Source of the DNA: Prochlorococcus sp. AG-679-M23
GTDB taxonomy: Bacteria; Cyanobacteriota; Cyanobacteriia; PCC-6307; Cyanobiaceae
Assembly (NCBI GenBank): GCA_003208875.1
Contig: QCUR01000006.1
Span: forward strand, 32,001-96,000
Direction: 5' to 3'
Length of the DNA stretch: 64,000 bases
How positions within the stretch are numbered: position 1 is the stretch's first letter; each line of letters starts with the position of its first letter. The translations under genes were made by a program, and so were the position numbers. The notes beneath the pieces are model-generated. The model did not search any database, had not been told where the DNA came from, and worked only from the letters and a program-made list of their open reading frames with translations. Of the stretch, positions 60,545 through 64,000 are shown piece after piece.

Positions 60545-61720
60545 TTACATCTCTTCGAAAATTAAATCTAACTTTTTTAAAAGTATATTGATCTCATTTC
60601 TCGAAATTATCAACGGCGGTACAAACCGAATCACGTTTCCTCCGGCAGGTACTAAAAGTAAACCTTTATCAAAAGCTTTTAATGTGATTGTTTTTGCATC
60701 TGTGTAGGAATCATTTATGACAAGACCTTGTATTAATCCTAGTCCTCTTATGCCACTAATAATTTTAGGGAATTTCGCTGAAATTTTAGTAAAACCCTCA
60801 TTTAATTGATTACCTCTTTCGAAAACATTTTTAAGAATTTTACGTCTTTTAATTTCTTCTAAAACTGTTATGGCAGCTCTACAAGCAAAGGGATTGCCCC
60901 CAAAAGTACTTGCGTGATCTCCAGGGGAAAAAATGTTCGCTTTTTTTTGTACCAATAATGCACCAATCGCATGCCCTCCGCCTAATCCTTTAGCTAGTGT
61001 GAATCCATCAGGTTCGATTTCTAGATTCTCATATCCCCACATTTTTCCCGTTCTTCCTACTCCACTCTGAACTTCATCAAGAATTAAAAGAGAATTGTTT
61101 TGATTACAAATTTCTCTTAATTCTTTAAAAAATTTTTTATCTCCAGGTATTACTCCTCCTTCTCCTTGAATAGGTTCAACTAAAATTCCTGAAGCTTTTT
61201 GGTCATTTTCTTTTAATTTTTCAAATAATTTTTTTACAGAAACAATATCGTTATATTTGAAAAACTTAAAACCTTTGATCATCGGTTCAAAACCTTTTTG
61301 GTACTTAGGCTGACCAGTAGCACTTAAAGTTGCGAGTGTTCTTCCATGAAAACTAGATTCGGCAGCAAGAATAAAAGATTCTTTACCTTTAAATACTGTA
61401 TTACCATACTTTTTGATTAATTTGATAGCTGCCTCATTTGCTTCAGCACCACTATTACAGAAAAAAACACTTTCAGCACAACTCTGTTTGGTTAAATATT
61501 TGCTTAATTCTTCCTGTTCTTCAATCTTATAAAGATTTGAAATGTGTTGAACTTTTTTTAATTGTGCAGATAACTTTTTTCTTAAGATTCTGTTGCTATG
61601 CCCTAAACTACACGTTGCTATACCTGCAACAGCATCAAGATATTTTTTCCCTCTATCATCCCATAGCCAACATCCATTACCTTTCTTAAAAGATATATTA
61701 AATCTCGAATAAGTATTCAT
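60545..61720 (-). CDS. argD: Acetylornithine aminotransferase
   Basis: MNTYSRF start, NSGAEANEAAIK, FHGRT, EPIQGEGG, DEVQSG and AKGLGGG motifs. Confidence 0.95.
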   Translation of the reverse strand: MNTYSRFNISFKKGNGCWLWDDRGKKYLDAVAGIATCSLGHSNRILRKKLSAQLKKVQHISNLYKIEEQEELSKYLTKQSCAESVFFCNSGAEANEAAIKLIKKYGNTVFKGKESFILAAESSFHGRTLATLSATGQPKYQKGFEPMIKGFKFFKYNDIVSVKKLFEKLKENDQKASGILVEPIQGEGGVIPGDKKFFKELREICNQNNSLLILDEVQSGVGRTGKMWGYENLEIEPDGFTLAKGLGGGHAIGALLVQKKANIFSPGDHASTFGGNPFACRAAITVLEEIKRRKILKNVFERGNQLNEGFTKISAKFPKIISGIRGLGLIQGLVINDSYTDAKTITLKAFDKGLLLVPAGGNVIRFVPPLIISRNEINILLKKLDLIFEEM

Positions 61721-61725
61721 TAAAG

Positions 61726-61807
61726 TGGGAGCGGTCGGACTTGAACCGACATACCCGAAGGTGCCGCATTTTGAGTGCGGTGCGTCTACCAATTCCACCA
61801 CGCTCCC
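61726..61807 (-). tRNA. tRNA-Leu(CAA)
   Basis: Minus strand GGGAGCGTGGTGGAATTGGTAGACGCACCGCACTCAAAATGCGGCACCTTCGGGTATGTCGGTTCAAGTCCGACCGCTCCCA, with a long variable arm. Confidence 0.96.
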
Positions 61808-62087
61808 AAGGCTCTTCACAAATAATTAACTTATTTAACTATAACAATAATTCAGGTATTGACTACATTTATTGTTTTATAGAAATGAGTTGTAGAAAAA
61901 AATAAATAATACTAAAAACAAATTTTAAAATGAACACATTAGATTAGGAATTAAGCTAAAAATATAGTTTTAGCTACGTTTTTGACACATTAATGCCTCA
62001 AAATAGAGCTTTGCAGGCTATTTTTGCGGATTAGGCTTCACGGATAGTAATATTGTGTTATATTTCTTAGTAGATTTATTAACCACC

Positions 62088-62207
62088 ATGTCAGGAATTA
62101 AAACAAAAAATAAAACTCAAAAGTTATCATTTAAATTGGCACCCTATTTATTTATTGCAGTAGCTATTTTCACCGCTTTTGGTTCTAACGGAGGTACATG
62201 GGTATAA
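62088..62207 (+). CDS. Small membrane peptide, 39 aa (MSGIKTKNKTQKLSFKLAPYLFIAVAIFTAFGSNGGTWV)
   Basis: ATG 62088 to TAA 62205-07, translated by hand. Basic N-terminus plus a hydrophobic helix. Confidence 0.6.
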   Translation: MSGIKTKNKTQKLSFKLAPYLFIAVAIFTAFGSNGGTWV

Positions 62208-62314
62208 ATGATCTAAAAATTAGTGGATTAAATAAATACTGGTCTCTTCGTTTCTTGGTATTATCCTTCCTTTTTATTGGTTGTGTTTCACTAGTTAATA
62301 TAGCTTACGTTTAA
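62198..62314 (+). CDS. Small membrane peptide, 38 aa (MGINDLKISGLNKYWSLRFLVLSFLFIGCVSLVNIAYV)
   Basis: ATG 62198 overlaps the end of the previous ORF. C-terminal TM-like segment. TAA at 62312-14. Confidence 0.45.
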   Translation: MGINDLKISGLNKYWSLRFLVLSFLFIGCVSLVNIAYV

Positions 62315-62322
62315 AACTAAAT

Positions 62323-63696
62323 TTAAGCCGCTTTTACTTCAGATATTTTTTCTACGTTCAAGTTACCACCATCATATTTAGACTCGTTAATCATATTCTT
62401 TGTAGTTTGTCTTTTAATTTGAATACCTAATTGAGATAGTTTTAATTCAAAATTTTCGTAACCTCTGTCTAGATGTTCAAGTCCATATATATGACTTACA
62501 CTTTTAGTGGTTAAAGCAGCAATTATCAGAGCAGCTGAAGATCTCAAGTCTAACCCAACTAAAGTCATCCCTCTCAATTTCTTAACTCCGTTTATGTGAG
62601 CTATATTATCTTTTAATGTTATAGAACTCCCCATTTGATTTAAAAGCTCAACATGATTCATTCTATTTTCGAAAATTGTTTCAGTGATCCTAGATCTCCC
62701 TTTAGCAATAGTCATTAAAGCCATAAATGGGGCTTGTAAGTCTGTAGGAAATCCCGGGAATGGAGCGGTTTTTATATCTACTGCTTTAATCTTATTACCT
62801 TTTATTGAAATCGAATTTCCTTTTTTTATTATTTTACTGCCACTTTCTTCTAGCTTATTTAATACTGCCTCTAAGTGGTTTGGAATTACTGGAGAAACTG
62901 TAATTGAAGATGAAGTTGCAGCAGCGGCTATTAAAAAAGTTCCTGCTTCAATTCTATCTGGGATTACTTTATGAGTACATCCATGAAGTTTTTGCACTCC
63001 ATCAATAATTATTTTTTCTTTACCAGAGTCATAAATTTTTGCTCCCATTTTATTTAACATCTGACATAAATCTTGAATTTCAGGCTCCCTTGCCGCATTT
63101 TCTATCACAGTTCTGCCTTCTGCTAAGGATGCCGCCATTATTAACGTTTCAGTAGCCCCAACACTTGGACAATTTAATCTGATATTTGCACCAAATAGGT
63201 TACTTTTTTTCTCGACTAGTTTTGCCTTTACGACATCTCTGTCAATAATAATTTCTGCACCTAGTGCCCTTAGTCCATTTATATGCTCGTTGATAGGTCT
63301 TTCCCCAATATTGCACCCACCAGGTAAAGGTATTGAAGCTTCCCCAAATCTTGTTAATAATGCTCCAATACAAAAGAAACTAGCTCTTAATCCATTTACA
63401 AGTTCATATGGAAGTTCTCGTATGGATATATTCTTTGAATCAATTATTAATTGATGATCTTTATTATGTAATTTAACTCCTAAATTCTGAAGTATATTTC
63501 CCATTTTCTCAATATCAGTCAGAATAGGAACATTATCTAATATGATTTTTTCGTCAGTTAGTAATGATGCTGCAAGTAATACTAATGCTGAATTTTTTGC
63601 ACCACTTATTTTCACCTCTCCTCTTAAGGTATTTTGGCCAATAATCTTTAAATGTTGGGATTTAAGATATGACTTATTATTGCTTTCGCAAACCAT
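62323..63696 (-). CDS. murA: UDP-N-acetylglucosamine 1-carboxyvinyltransferase
   Basis: SGAKNSA, LPGGCNIGERP, SVGATE, PGFPTDLQ and DLRS motifs. Confidence 0.97.
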   Translation of the reverse strand: MVCESNNKSYLKSQHLKIIGQNTLRGEVKISGAKNSALVLLAASLLTDEKIILDNVPILTDIEKMGNILQNLGVKLHNKDHQLIIDSKNISIRELPYELVNGLRASFFCIGALLTRFGEASIPLPGGCNIGERPINEHINGLRALGAEIIIDRDVVKAKLVEKKSNLFGANIRLNCPSVGATETLIMAASLAEGRTVIENAAREPEIQDLCQMLNKMGAKIYDSGKEKIIIDGVQKLHGCTHKVIPDRIEAGTFLIAAAATSSSITVSPVIPNHLEAVLNKLEESGSKIIKKGNSISIKGNKIKAVDIKTAPFPGFPTDLQAPFMALMTIAKGRSRITETIFENRMNHVELLNQMGSSITLKDNIAHINGVKKLRGMTLVGLDLRSSAALIIAALTTKSVSHIYGLEHLDRGYENFELKLSQLGIQIKRQTTKNMINESKYDGGNLNVEKISEVKAA

Positions 63697-63882
63697 TAAG
63701 AATATTTTTTATTGGTTTAATAATGACAAATTAAATATAGTAAGTCCACCTTGTGTAACGCGATGAATATTAATTAATACTAAAGGGTGAAAATTTAAAT
63801 GGATAAGAATTAAGATTAAAAGAAAAATAATTGTTCGTAATATTTTAATAACTAAAATGTGTTTAATATCAAAATTATTTAA

Positions 63883-64000
63883 ATTACAATAGAAAATATT
63901 TTTCCAAAAATAACTAGTAAAAGTAATGCTTTAGTTAAAAGATTTAGATCGTTTAAAAAAGGATCTAATACAAAAGATAAAGATTATTTTTGCATTGAAG
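63883..64000 (+). CDS. Probable 5' end of a TrmH/SpoU-family RNA methyltransferase, truncated by the window edge
   Basis: Open frame ...KITSKSNALVKRFRSFKKG...YFCIE resembles the ITS..N..VK....F..EG N-terminus of TrmH-family proteins. No canonical start codon is visible. Confidence 0.5.
   Translation, partial: MTIENIFPKITSKSNALVKRFRSFKKGSNTKDKDYFCIE

Noticed and set aside
61721..61819. 33-aa N-terminal extension of ArgD given by the ORF track
   Set aside because: It is the tRNA-Leu sequence read in frame. ArgD homology begins at MNTY. A stop-free run of this length in GC-rich tRNA is plausible by chance.
1934..62974. Numerous ORF-track ORFs antisense to or frameshifted within real genes (e.g. 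1934-2242, 2801-3232, 5228-5482, 9496-9822, 23718-24104, 30231-30650, 40932-41306, 53632-53916, 62684-62974)
   Set aside because: They are shadow ORFs overlapping well-supported genes, with no recognisable motifs.
1..64000. Mobile elements, prophage, tycheposon integrase, CRISPR arrays or defence systems
   Set aside because: No transposase, integrase, phage structural or cas genes, and no duplicated tRNA 3' ends, were seen by eye.

Overview
AT-rich, gene-dense chromosomal window of a high-light-adapted Prochlorococcus. The assignment rests on kaiB-kaiC with no kaiA, an hli gene, petF, nblS, a PSII S4-domain gene and tRNA genes without an encoded CCA. From unverified recollection of reference proteins, it appears MED4/HLI-like. 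The first ~8.4 kb, to the left of tRNA-Val, is a patchwork of short accessory or stress genes: DUF1643, pirin, a DUF3721/PepSY-TM pair, an SDR, an inverted-topology photolyase, DoxX and a PNPO-like gene. murD sits among them. The rest is core genome: serA, prmA, petF, rnz, truB, rpmA-rplU, kaiBC, nblS, purD/purC, bamA-lpxC-fabZ-lpxA-lpxB-msrA, pepA, tyrS, pyrF, an MFS-mlaE-DUF3119-DUF3086-plsY unit, glgX, HU, cbiB, ilvC, clpP/clpR, hemW, panB, SRP RNA, ftsZ/ftsQ/ddl/miaB, a deaminase plus FAD-oxidoreductase pair, folC, argD and murA. There are four tRNAs (Val-GAC, Gly-TCC, His-GTG, Leu-CAA). No IS, integrase, prophage or CRISPR was seen. The best leads, all hypotheses, are: a possible lipid-trafficking operon around plsY, a tRNA-Leu ending 5 nt before the argD start codon, small peptides missed by the ORF track, a structured rplU leader, shared degenerate palindromes upstream of HU and ftsZ, and possible inter-clade recombinant tracts.
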